Origin: Gemmatimonadota bacterium
GTDB taxonomy: Bacteria; Gemmatimonadota; Gemmatimonadetes; Gemmatimonadales; GWC2-71-9
NCBI GenBank assembly: GCA_039588295.1
Contig: JBDHAB010000001.1
Span: 96,001 to 160,000, forward strand
Reading direction: 5' to 3'
DNA length: 64,000 nucleotides
Part shown: piece by piece, positions 18,302-27,678 of the stretch
Numbering within the stretch: position 1 is the first letter of the stretch
Layout: the number at the start of each line of letters is the position of its first letter
Made by a program: the position numbers and the translations under genes
The notes under the pieces: generated by a model
What the model was told of the DNA's origin: nothing
The model's database searches: none
The model's input: the letters and a program-made list of their open reading frames with translations, nothing else

Positions 18302-19381
18302 TCAGTCTCCCAGGCAGATCCCCATCTCCCTGGCGGCGTGCACCGTGTCTGACTCGAGCGGCACTTGATTCGGTTTCCCGGTAATCGCTTCCAGCGCAAC
18401 GGTCTTCATCTCCGGCGGGTCCAGCGCGACCATGTGGCCAAACTGGCCGTCCGCGACGGCCCGAACCGCAGCGGCACCGAACCGGAGTCCGAGCAGGCGG
18501 TCCCACGCCGACGGTGAGCCCCCCCGTAACAGGTGCCCGAGGGTCAGGGATCGCGTTTCCTTGCCCGTGTGTTCGCCAATCGCGGCGGCAACCTCCTCCG
18601 CCACTCCACCCAAACGCTCCACACCGCCGGCCACGCCCTCTGCCTTCACCGTCACCGTGCCATGCTTGGACCGCGCCCCTTCGGCAACCACAACGATGCT
18701 GAAGTGGCGGCCCATTGCCTCGCGTCTACGGATCTTCTGATATACGGACTCCAGGTCGAACGGTACCTCCGGGATCAGAATGACGTCTGCGCCACCACTC
18801 ATGCCCGCATTGAGCGCAATCCACCCGGCGGAGCGACCCATGACCTCAACCACAAGGACCCGGTCGTGCGACTCGGCGGTCGAGTGGAGCCGGTCGAGTG
18901 CGTCCGTCGCCGTCTGAACCGCCGTGTCGAAGCCGAACGTGATCACGGTCCCGGGCACGTCTCGGTCGATCGTCTTCGGCACGCCGACCACTGGAAGCCC
19001 CTTCTTCCACAGACCGTGGGCGATGTGCAGGGTGCCATCACCACCAACGGCGATCAACGCGTCCAGGGCAAGCTGCTTGAACGACTCGAGCACCTCGTCC
19101 GACCGGTCCCGCTCCGTCCATTTGCCATCCGTCTGCAGCTGGGGCCAGCGAAACGGGTTCCCGCGATTCGTGGTGCCGAGGATAGTGCCGCCGAGGTGGA
19201 CGATGCCCCGCACGCTCTCCTGATCCATCGGCACGACGCGGGCACTGCCGAGCAGACCGGCAAAGCCACGCATGATGCCGAACACCTCCCACCCCCGCTG
19301 CCGCGCGGACAACACAATGGCCCGGATGACAGCGTTCAGGCCCGGAGCGTCTCCGCCGCCGGTCGAGATAGCGATGCGCAT
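18302..19381 (-). CDS. pfkA: 6-phosphofructokinase (PfkA family)
   Basis: TGGGDAPGLN, GGTILGT, GGDGT, PKTIDRD, EVMGR, LGHLLRGG. Confidence 0.95.
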   Translation of the reverse strand: MRIAISTGGGDAPGLNAVIRAIVLSARQRGWEVFGIMRGFAGLLGSARVVPMDQESVRGIVHLGGTILGTTNRGNPFRWPQLQTDGKWTERDRSDEVLESFKQLALDALIAVGGDGTLHIAHGLWKKGLPVVGVPKTIDRDVPGTVITFGFDTAVQTATDALDRLHSTAESHDRVLVVEVMGRSAGWIALNAGMSGGADVILIPEVPFDLESVYQKIRRREAMGRHFSIVVVAEGARSKHGTVTVKAEGVAGGVERLGGVAEEVAAAIGEHTGKETRSLTLGHLLRGGSPSAWDRLLGLRFGAAAVRAVADGQFGHMVALDPPEMKTVALEAITGKPNQVPLESDTVHAAREMGICLGD

Positions 19382-19396
19382 TGCTGCCGGAACGGG

Positions 19397-19627
19397 CTAG
19401 GCGAGATGGTCCTGCATGAGCCGCAGGACCTCACCGGGCTCGGCGTGGCGTCCGAGCTCAGCCTTGGAGAACACGAGAGTGCGATCGACGGTGACTTCGA
19501 AGACCCCACCGGACGACTCGATGAGCCGTACCTTCGTGCCCGGGTATGCCTCGCGGATCTCGGCCGCCAGACCGGCAGCCCGCGGTTCGTACCCTCAAAC
19601 TCCGCAATACTGGATCGATACCTTCAC
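19397..19627 (-). CDS. SelW/SelT/SelH (Rdx family) selenoprotein, 76 aa, Sec at codon 11
   Basis: GGAGG then GTG; MKVSIQYCGV-U-GYEPRAAGLAAEIREAYPG...SSGGVFEVTVD...VFSKAELGRHAEPGEV; in-frame TGA at 19595-19597; absent from the ORF track. Confidence 0.9.
19562..19580 (-). promoter_or_regulatory. Putative bacterial SECIS hairpin
   Basis: GGCUGCC-GGUCU-GGCGGCC stem-loop starting 15 nt 3' of the UGA, with G in the loop. Confidence 0.7.
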
Positions 19628-19775
19628 ACACCCTCCGGGATTGGCTCATGTTGTCGTCGTAAGCTAACCCGGGAAGGGACCGCGTGGCCAAACGCAGTGC
19701 CGGCTGGACACCAAAGACCCGTGAGTGACCTGGCTCACTGTGGCAGGACAGGTCCCAAGCACTAGATTTGCCTTC

Positions 19776-21368
19776 ATGCACACGCTCACCGTGAAAGCAC
19801 TTCGATCGGCCGCGGGCTTGCTGCTCTCGACGGTCATGCTCACCGCCTCGCTCAAGGCACAGGTTGCTAACCCGTGGCAGGTCGAGCTCGGCGCGTTCGG
19901 CACCGGCATCAAGTACGATTCCGACAATGCCGCACTCGCGTCCAAGTTCGGGGCGGGAGGGCGGCTCGGGCTCTTCCTGAGCCGGATCTTCTCGCTCGAG
20001 GCGAGCGGAGATTACACGCAGACCGAGGAGTCGGTGTCTGCGGCGAGTGTAAACGTCTCCCGGCTCCGTGGCACACTCTACGCGAACACCCGCCCCACCA
20101 TGCTTGGCCGCGTGTATCTCGGAGCGGGTTACTCCCGTCTGTACTATCGTGGCGCCACGGACGGCGAAGACAACGGTATGCATCTCGTCCTCGGCGACCT
20201 CCTCTCCCTGGGCGGCCGAACGGCCTTTCGCATCGAGGGGCTCATGGAGTTCCTGCCCAGCTCGGTCCGGTCGCTCACTAACAGCACTGCGATCAACTTC
20301 GGTGCAGCCGCTGGCCTTTCCATCTTTGCCTTCGGCGGGCCGCCGCGCGACTCCGATCGAGATCGGGTCGCGAATAAGATCGACGAGTGCCCCGACACGC
20401 CGTACGGCGCCAGTGTCGATCAGCAGGGCTGCCCGTTGGATGGGGATATCGATGGTGTGTTCGACGGCCTCGATCAGTGCCCCGATACGCCATCCGGGGC
20501 ATTTGTGGACGCGCTCGGCTGTCCGAGCGACACCGATGATGACGGGGTGTTCGACGGCGTGGACGTGTGCCCCAACACGCCGGCGGCTGCCGAGGTCGAC
20601 CCGAACGGCTGCCCGACGGACGGAGACGCGGATGGGGTCTTCGACGGACTCGATCAGTGTCCCAACACCCCGCGCGGCGCCACCGTGGACACCGATGGCT
20701 GTCCGTCCGACAGCGACCGTGACGGGGTGTTCGACGGCATCGATCAATGTCCCGCCACACCGTTCGGCATGACGGTTGACGAGCAGGGCTGCCCCACAGA
20801 TGCCGACGGCGATGGGGTCGTCAACGATCTCGATCAGTGCCCCAATACGCCTCCGGGCGCCGAAGTCGACGCCACCGGATGCACCATCGAGCGGGATACC
20901 GACGGTGACGGGATCCCCGACGGCCGCGACCGCTGCCCCAACACGGCACCGGGTCAAAACGTCGACGCCGTGGGTTGCCCGATCCTGTTCCAGATATCCG
21001 ACGAGGGCGTCGCACAACCCTTGGTCCTCCGCGGGGTGAACTTTGAGACGGGCCGGTCCGCCCTGACGCAGGACTCGTATGCGATCCTCAACGAGGTAGC
21101 TGCTTCACTACTTGCCAACGCTGACGTCCGCGTTGAGGTCGCCGGGCACACGGATATCACAGGTCCGATGGCGCTCAACCAGAGACTATCGCTGGAGCGG
21201 GCACAGGCCGTGAAGGCCTACCTTGCACGCCAGGGTGTCGAACCCTCCCGCATGGTGGCACGCGGGTACGGCCCCGATGAACCGATCGCGACCAACGCCA
21301 CAGTAGCTGGCCGTGCCCAAAACCGGCGCGTGGAACTCAAGCTGCTGGAGGAGGCCCCGAGGCAGTAA
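19776..21368 (+). CDS. OmpA-family outer membrane protein with thrombospondin type-3 repeats
   Basis: N-terminal barrel, DxDxDGVxDxxDxCP repeats, C-terminal GHTD...LSLERAQAV...NRRVE. Confidence 0.93.
   Translation: MHTLTVKALRSAAGLLLSTVMLTASLKAQVANPWQVELGAFGTGIKYDSDNAALASKFGAGGRLGLFLSRIFSLEASGDYTQTEESVSAASVNVSRLRGTLYANTRPTMLGRVYLGAGYSRLYYRGATDGEDNGMHLVLGDLLSLGGRTAFRIEGLMEFLPSSVRSLTNSTAINFGAAAGLSIFAFGGPPRDSDRDRVANKIDECPDTPYGASVDQQGCPLDGDIDGVFDGLDQCPDTPSGAFVDALGCPSDTDDDGVFDGVDVCPNTPAAAEVDPNGCPTDGDADGVFDGLDQCPNTPRGATVDTDGCPSDSDRDGVFDGIDQCPATPFGMTVDEQGCPTDADGDGVVNDLDQCPNTPPGAEVDATGCTIERDTDGDGIPDGRDRCPNTAPGQNVDAVGCPILFQISDEGVAQPLVLRGVNFETGRSALTQDSYAILNEVAASLLANADVRVEVAGHTDITGPMALNQRLSLERAQAVKAYLARQGVEPSRMVARGYGPDEPIATNATVAGRAQNRRVELKLLEEAPRQ
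20349..20981 (+). repeat. Seven ~90-bp coding repeats (TSP3 Ca-binding)
   Basis: Seven ~30-aa units DxDxDxVxDxxDxCPxTPxGxxVDxxGC. Confidence 0.9.
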
Positions 21369-21391
21369 GCTGCTTGCAAGCGGACAGATCT

Positions 21392-21444
21392 ACAGGGGAG
21401 ACGGCTCGGGAAGCGGTGACTTCCAGCGTGCCGTCTCTCACTGT
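21392..21444. other. Intergenic stem-loop after ompA
   Basis: GGAGACGGC/GCCGTCTCT outer stem, GGAAG-CGGTGA-CTTCC inner stem; no U-tract. Confidence 0.5.
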
Positions 21445-21492
21445 CTCCGCAGGCCACGCATCCGAGAACCGAAGGGAGACGTCGATAGCATC

Positions 21493-22851
21493 GTGAGTTC
21501 GAACGCGGCTGCGCGCCCGGCGGGTGCGATGTTGACGGCAGCACTGGGCATCGCATGCTTGGGATCCCTCGCCATTGCCCAGCAGGGGAACCTCCCCGGT
21601 TGGCTCCACCCGCCGCACCACGTCGGGCAGGTTCCCGACTACGCCGTTGACATCGCGACGGACGGCCTGCTCTCAATCCGCATGCCGGCACTCCCTGAGG
21701 GCGCCCCTCGCTATCTCTCCCTGTTTCGCGGCGAGCGCACACCAAACTATCTCGCCGCCATGCACCCGCACTCGACCGGCGCGATTCGCATACCGCCACC
21801 GCCAGCAGGTGAAGCGCCTGCTGTCGTCCGGGGCGTCTACATGAACGGGTGGGTGTTTGCATCGAGCCGATTCTTCGAGCTCGTCGAGCTCGCCGATTCG
21901 ACCGAGATCAACGCGTTCGTCATCGATGTGAAAGACGCCACGGGCTTTCTGACGTACCGGTCCAGCGTTCCCACCGCTGAGCAGATCGGGGCAAACCGCC
22001 GGATCCGAACACGGAATGCCGCCGAGCGCCTGGCACTCCTCGAAGCGCACGGCATTCACCCAATCGCTCGCATCGTGGTCGCACGGGACGCATTGCTCGC
22101 CCGGAACAAGCCGAATTGGGCCATTCGAGATTCGAGCGGGAGCTTGTGGTATGACGGGCTCGGAGAGCCGTGGGTCGACGCATTCAACGACTCCGTCTGG
22201 CGTTACGCCGCGGACCTTGCGGCCGAGGCGATACTGACCGGCTTCAGGGAGGTACAGTTCGATTACGTGCGGTTCCCCGACGAGCCGCCGCGCCGGCTGA
22301 ACCGCACCGTCTATCCGGCGCGGAGGCCGGGAGAGAGCAGACGCGCCGGGATCCGACGGAACGTCGGCCTCCTTCGAGATGGAGTTGCTGGTCTTGGCGT
22401 CCCGTTCACGTTGGATGTTTTCGGGCTCACGACAAGCGCCACCGGTGACATGGGAATCGGTCAGGTATGGGAAGATCTCGCCTCGGCTGCGGACGTGATC
22501 CTCCCGATGGTCTACCCAAGTCACTACCGTCGGGGAGCCTACGGATTGCGGCACCCGAACGCGGAGCCGTACACGATCGTGCGGCGTGCGCTCGAGGATG
22601 CTATCCAGCGCTCGCGTGGTCTACCCGAGCCGGTGCGGATTCGGCCGTACCTTCAGGCGTTCAGCATCTACCGCGTGCGCTACACGGCCGCCGAGGTTCG
22701 CGCACAGATCCAGGCGGTGGAAGACGTCGGTCTCACCGAGTGGATATTGTGGAATGCGCGGGGTGTGTACCCCGCGGCAGCTTTCCGGCCGCTGAATCAA
22801 GCCGACCCGCTGCCGGTACCGATCGCTGATAGTGATGGGTCGGCCCGGTAG
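21493..22851 (+). CDS. Putative glycoside hydrolase (DUF4015-like); start approximate
   Basis: VRGVYMN, VIDVKD, GFREVQFDYVRFPD, PMVYPSHY, RPYLQAF. Confidence 0.8.
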   Translation: MSSNAAARPAGAMLTAALGIACLGSLAIAQQGNLPGWLHPPHHVGQVPDYAVDIATDGLLSIRMPALPEGAPRYLSLFRGERTPNYLAAMHPHSTGAIRIPPPPAGEAPAVVRGVYMNGWVFASSRFFELVELADSTEINAFVIDVKDATGFLTYRSSVPTAEQIGANRRIRTRNAAERLALLEAHGIHPIARIVVARDALLARNKPNWAIRDSSGSLWYDGLGEPWVDAFNDSVWRYAADLAAEAILTGFREVQFDYVRFPDEPPRRLNRTVYPARRPGESRRAGIRRNVGLLRDGVAGLGVPFTLDVFGLTTSATGDMGIGQVWEDLASAADVILPMVYPSHYRRGAYGLRHPNAEPYTIVRRALEDAIQRSRGLPEPVRIRPYLQAFSIYRVRYTAAEVRAQIQAVEDVGLTEWILWNARGVYPAAAFRPLNQADPLPVPIADSDGSAR

Positions 22852-22864
22852 CGCGTACGGTACC

Positions 22865-24907
22865 CTACCCTAGCGCGCCCGCCCTGACCGCCGCGGGCTC
22901 CCAAGCCTCGATGTACCCCCTGATCGCACTCGCCGCGGTGGTGTAGGGACTCGCGAGGTAGAGCTGTCCCGGGCCCGAGCGTCCAGGGAAGTTCCGATTG
23001 ATCGCGCTCACGGTCACCGTGTCGCGGTCGTACGACACGCCGGGACCGGCATTGATGCATGCTCCGCACGAGGGTTCGATGAACTCGGCCCCTACGTCGT
23101 GGAACACCTGCAGATACCCGCGTTCGTCACAGTAACGTTTCACGTCCTGCGACCCACATTGGATGAAGCACTTCACGTCGGGGTGTACGCGCAGACCGCG
23201 GTTCAGTGCATCCTGGAAGACCGCAGCGTACATGTCCATGTCCGACTTCTTGCCCGCGGTGCACGAGCCCGCATACGCAATATCGATCTTCACCGAGGTG
23301 CCGAGCTCGTGAATGAACAGGCCGTTGCCAGGATCCCCCGGCAGCGCAACCATCGGCTGCAACTCGGTCGCGTCGATGTCGATGATGGTCTCGAAACTCG
23401 CGTCGGGATCCGAGTACAGCCCATCCAGCAGGCGACGGACTTCGGCAGCGTGTACGCCGCGCTCGCGAACCAGGAAATCCACGGCCTTCTCGTCGGGCTT
23501 GATGATACCCGTAAACGCGCCCACCTCGGCCGCCATGTTGGTCATCGTCGCGCGCTCGTCGACCGACAGGGCCTCCACCGCCTCCCCGGCGTACTCGACG
23601 ATCTTGCCAATCGCGTGCCCGTTCTTGACGTAGGGGTGGCGCAGGATCTGCAGCATAAAGTCCTTTGCCGTCACGTTGTCCGGCGTCCGGCCGCGCACCC
23701 GTACCAATACGCACGGCGGAACACGCATGCGCACGTCTTTTGTCAGCCACGAGTTGAAGATCGCGGTCGTGCCGACGCCGAACGCGACGGCGCCGATGGC
23801 CCCGGCGTGCGGCGTGTGAGAGTCGCTCCCGATGATCAAGTGCCCCGGCAGCGCATGCTGTTCGAGAATCTTCGAGTGGCAAATAGCCTCTGATCCCTGC
23901 ACCATCATGTGAGTCCCAAGTCGCGGGAGCTCACCATACAGCGTGACGCCCTGCTGGGCGGCGAAGGTCTCCTGTTTCGCCTTGAGTTCCAGCGCCACGT
24001 CGAGCAGCCCTTGCGCCTTTCGCTCCTCAGTCATGGCAAGCTCGAGAAACGTCAGGTGGTCCCGAAACAAGAAGACTGATCCGGGATCGACGATCTTCTC
24101 ATCCTCGCCCACGTGATTCCGCCAGAAGATCGCCGCCATCGGAGTCACGTACTCGTGGCTGAAACGGATGTCCGTGCGCACGAACCCTTCGTCGCCCGTC
24201 GCGACAGCCGGCACGCCGACGTCGTTCGTGGCCAGGTCGGTGACCCAGTGTCGCGCGATGATCTTTTCGGCGAGTGTCATCGGCCGTCGCGAGACGGCGA
24301 CAGCCGGAACGGTGACCTTGCCCTGCATCCGCGCGACGTTGTACTGGAAGAGTCCACCGTACTCGATGATGCCTCTGGTGATCTCCCCCTCACCCTCGGT
24401 AAACGCCGTCAGTGGGATCTCCTCTCCCCGTCGCAACCGATCGAGAAGCGAGAAATCCGTACTGGTCAGCATGCCAAGGTTCTGGCAGTTCTCTCGGTAG
24501 ATCCGTTCGATGTTTTCAGCGATCACCAACTGAATGCCGGCACACATCTCCGCGTACGGCGACTGCTCACGAGAGGAGCCCTTACCCCGTCGCTTGCCGC
24601 TCACCGAGCAATCGAATCCGCCACCACGCACGCTACCTGGCGTCACCGGAAAATCGTCCCCGGCCTTGAGACCCAGGTACGGAAAGTCGCCGAGCGTCTC
24701 GTCGTAGTAGTAGCAGATGTATGCGGGGGTGATCTCGTCGGTCGAGATGTCGTCGCGGAGCGGGGCATCCAGCGGCCAGGTTAGGTCCTCACCTTCTAGC
24801 TGCCGCGTCACGAGCGTGGCGTCATCGGCCAGGAACAGTATCCGGCCATCGAGACGCACGAAATCCGGCCGTTTGGTGAGGGGTCGGGTCTTGAGGCTAT
24901 CGATCAT
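22865..24907 (-). CDS. Aconitase-superfamily hydro-lyase, LeuD-like swivel domain fused N-terminal to a LeuC-like domain
   Basis: DDISTDEITP, GKGSSREQSP, then MTLAEKII, GSDSHT, GSCT, PSCGACI, NRNFPGRSG. Confidence 0.9.
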   Translation of the reverse strand: MIDSLKTRPLTKRPDFVRLDGRILFLADDATLVTRQLEGEDLTWPLDAPLRDDISTDEITPAYICYYYDETLGDFPYLGLKAGDDFPVTPGSVRGGGFDCSVSGKRRGKGSSREQSPYAEMCAGIQLVIAENIERIYRENCQNLGMLTSTDFSLLDRLRRGEEIPLTAFTEGEGEITRGIIEYGGLFQYNVARMQGKVTVPAVAVSRRPMTLAEKIIARHWVTDLATNDVGVPAVATGDEGFVRTDIRFSHEYVTPMAAIFWRNHVGEDEKIVDPGSVFLFRDHLTFLELAMTEERKAQGLLDVALELKAKQETFAAQQGVTLYGELPRLGTHMMVQGSEAICHSKILEQHALPGHLIIGSDSHTPHAGAIGAVAFGVGTTAIFNSWLTKDVRMRVPPCVLVRVRGRTPDNVTAKDFMLQILRHPYVKNGHAIGKIVEYAGEAVEALSVDERATMTNMAAEVGAFTGIIKPDEKAVDFLVRERGVHAAEVRRLLDGLYSDPDASFETIIDIDATELQPMVALPGDPGNGLFIHELGTSVKIDIAYAGSCTAGKKSDMDMYAAVFQDALNRGLRVHPDVKCFIQCGSQDVKRYCDERGYLQVFHDVGAEFIEPSCGACINAGPGVSYDRDTVTVSAINRNFPGRSGPGQLYLASPYTTAASAIRGYIEAWEPAAVRAGALG

Positions 24908-24968
24908 AGGGGTCGTAAGTTGCCCGCTCCGTTTCGGTCAGGCAAGCGGCCATGTACAATACGGCATC

Positions 24969-25892
24969 ATGCCGGCCACACGTGTGCACAGGTGCCTGCG
25001 GAGGCTACGGAGCGCGACGCCACTTGCACTCGTCGTGGTCGGATTGCACGAGAGCGCTCGCGCGCAGGTGGCGGAGCCCACGCTGTTTCAAATCACCGGA
25101 GCCTTCTCTTCGCCCAAGCTCACCGAGAGCTCAGGAGTTGCTGTGAGTCGCCGGTTCCCGGGAGTCCTGTGGACGCACAACGACTCCGGCGACGAGCCGA
25201 GAATCTACGCCACGTCGATTACTGGCAACGTGCTCGCCGAGTATCCGGTGGGTGGGGCGCGGGCGATCGATTGGGAGGATATTGCGCTGGGGCCCTGCCC
25301 CGACACACCGGAGGCCTGTCTCTACATCGGCGACATCGGTGACAACTTCGAGCGTCGGGAGCATGTGACGATTTACATCGTCCGAGAGCCGACGTTGCTC
25401 GCTACCAAGGGTCCGCTTCCGGCACGCTCCCTTGTCGTGCGGTACGCCGCCGGGCCGCGGGATTCAGAAGCGCTGGCGGTCACCGCCGCAGGGGATGTCC
25501 TCCTGATATCAAGGGGTCGATCCGGCCCGATCCAGCTCTACCGCATCGCACGTTCGGACACCGTGCGAGACACGGTGGTCGTGCACGATGGGAAGCCCCT
25601 GGGCATTGTGCCGCAACGCGCTGCTGGTCGTTTGGCCACTGGAGCCGCGGTGTCCCCGAGCGGCACGATCCTCGTCGTGCGAACGTACACGCAGCTCTTC
25701 TTCTTCCGGTTGGACGAACCGACGACCCAGATCCATGCCGCCGGAAGCTGCTGGTTGGGGCTCCGCGAGCCGCAGGGGGAGGCCGTCGACTTCTTGGACG
25801 ACAGTACCCTGGTGCTCACCAGCGAGGTGGCGTTCGGGCGCGCCGGCACCATCTCCCGGGTGCGGTGCTCGTTTGGAGACGAGCGTCGCTAG
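24969..25892 (+). CDS. Exported hypothetical protein, probable beta-propeller
   Basis: ESSGVAVS, WTHNDSG, DWEDIA, GDIGDN, VVRTY, QGEAV. Confidence 0.7.
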   Translation: MPATRVHRCLRRLRSATPLALVVVGLHESARAQVAEPTLFQITGAFSSPKLTESSGVAVSRRFPGVLWTHNDSGDEPRIYATSITGNVLAEYPVGGARAIDWEDIALGPCPDTPEACLYIGDIGDNFERREHVTIYIVREPTLLATKGPLPARSLVVRYAAGPRDSEALAVTAAGDVLLISRGRSGPIQLYRIARSDTVRDTVVVHDGKPLGIVPQRAAGRLATGAAVSPSGTILVVRTYTQLFFFRLDEPTTQIHAAGSCWLGLREPQGEAVDFLDDSTLVLTSEVAFGRAGTISRVRCSFGDERR

Positions 25893-25903
25893 GACGGTAG
25901 ACC

Positions 25904-27586
25904 ATGAGACCAGTCACGTTTTGGACGGCGATGGGCGCGGCGCTGCTCGGAGCCCCATCCGCCTGGGCGCAGCAACCGGCGAGCGCCGGCGACGGTCTCA
26001 CCCAGGCCCTATCGCTTGCAAGTTCAACGATGGTGCGCCCCCACCTGCGATTTCTGTCACACGATCTCCTCGAGGGACGCGCGCCGGGGACACGGGGCGG
26101 AGAGTTGGCCGCACAGTACATCGCGGCCCAGTTCGAACGTCTGGGACTCGAACCGGTCGGGCCGGATGGTTCCTTTCTGCTGCCTGTCGAGGGAATCGGT
26201 GTGTCGGCCGATCCGTCGCTCATCGTAGGCGTGCAGGGGCAGACCCTCGCGCTCGAGCCGATGACCGACTTTGTCGCCTGGCCTCTGCGGCCCGACACCA
26301 CTGTGAGCAGCGACGGCGAATTGCTGTTTGCCGGCTTCGGGATACATGCCCCTGAGTGGGACTGGAACGACTTCAAAGACAGCTTCCTCGTCGGCAAGGT
26401 CCTGCTCGTGATGGCAGGTGAACCCACCCTGGAGGACCCCACGAGCTTCGCCGACGGGAGGATGACCTTCTACGGGAGTTGGCGCTACAAGGTCGAGCAA
26501 GCGGCTCGCTCAGGAGCTCTCGGGGTGCTGATCGTATATCCCGACTCGGGGGGCGCCATCTCATGGCGAGCGTTGACCAACGCCTGGAGCTCGGAGCAGT
26601 TCCTCTCGACCGACGCTCCTGAGAGCAACCTCCGGTTCGCCGCGTGGGTCCGCGAGTCCGCTGTCAAACGCCTCGCGGCCGCCTCCGGCCGAGACTTTGA
26701 GCTGCTCGAGCGAAGGGCTGGGTTGCGCACCTTCGAGCCGATTTCCATGGGAGCGCACGCAGTCATCCGGATCCGGAGCACAATCCGGCGAATCCGCGCA
26801 GCCAATGTCGCCGCGCGACTTCGGGGTAGTGATCCCGCAGGAGCGGAGACCGTGATCCTCATGGCCAACTATGACAACATCGGCATTGGCCAACCGATCA
26901 ATGGAGACTCCATCTACAACGGGGCTGTCGACAACGCCTCCGGCGTGAGCCTCCTTCTCGCAGCAGCCGCTGGCCTTTCGGCCAGTACTGGAGTGCCGCG
27001 GCGGGATCTGGTCTTTCTCGCCACAACGGCCTCCCACGGACAGGTCACTGGCGCCGACGCCTATGTGCGTAGGCCGGTCGGACCGATCGAGCTGACCGTG
27101 GCGACCGTCAGCCTCAGTCGCGCCAACCTCAGGGGCAGAACTGCCGACGTGGTTGGGCTGGGTGCCGAGCAGTCGACTCTGTCCAGGTACCTAGCGCAGG
27201 CCGCCGTCGACGAGGGTCTCAAGGCCACGCCCAGTCCGGCACCGGGCGCAGGCGAGTTCTACTGGATGGACCTTCTGCCACTCGCTCGGGCAGGGGTACC
27301 GGCAATGGCGCTCCGACCGGGCCGAGACTTCCCGGACAAGCCCAGGGAGTGGGCCGCCGAGCAGGAGCACAGTTACCTGGACGGACGGTACCTGTCTCCG
27401 TTTGACGAGTTTGACCCAGCGGTCAATTACGAGGGTGTGGTCCAGCAGGTGCGGGTAATCGTCCGTCTCGCATGGCTGCTTGGCAACGCGACCGATTTCC
27501 CCGCTTGGGCCTCCGACTCCGAGTTCAGGCCCGCCGGAGAACAGCTCCGAGTGCGCAGAATCCGGGGCAAGTCGGAGCCGACGTAG
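25904..27586 (+). CDS. M28 peptidase homologue with PA domain, probably catalytically inactive
   Basis: LSHDLLEGRAPGTRG and IYNGAVDNASG present, but most metal-ligand motifs are substituted. Confidence 0.85.
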   Translation: MRPVTFWTAMGAALLGAPSAWAQQPASAGDGLTQALSLASSTMVRPHLRFLSHDLLEGRAPGTRGGELAAQYIAAQFERLGLEPVGPDGSFLLPVEGIGVSADPSLIVGVQGQTLALEPMTDFVAWPLRPDTTVSSDGELLFAGFGIHAPEWDWNDFKDSFLVGKVLLVMAGEPTLEDPTSFADGRMTFYGSWRYKVEQAARSGALGVLIVYPDSGGAISWRALTNAWSSEQFLSTDAPESNLRFAAWVRESAVKRLAAASGRDFELLERRAGLRTFEPISMGAHAVIRIRSTIRRIRAANVAARLRGSDPAGAETVILMANYDNIGIGQPINGDSIYNGAVDNASGVSLLLAAAAGLSASTGVPRRDLVFLATTASHGQVTGADAYVRRPVGPIELTVATVSLSRANLRGRTADVVGLGAEQSTLSRYLAQAAVDEGLKATPSPAPGAGEFYWMDLLPLARAGVPAMALRPGRDFPDKPREWAAEQEHSYLDGRYLSPFDEFDPAVNYEGVVQQVRVIVRLAWLLGNATDFPAWASDSEFRPAGEQLRVRRIRGKSEPT

Positions 27587-27678
27587 AATCCCGCGAAGTA
27601 CTGGCCGAATCGAGCCAAAGTAAGTATGTTCCCGCCCGATTCATCGGCGTTTTTCGCCCATCGTCAGGAGTCGATCCG

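Noticed and set aside
20349..20981. 90-bp periodic repeats as a non-coding array
   Set aside because: Fully explained by coding TSP3 repeats in OmpA
18533..21017. Long ORFs antisense to pfkA and ompA (also at 10461, 16795, 36023, 39802, 46788)
   Set aside because: Shadow frames typical of GC-rich coding DNA; no motifs
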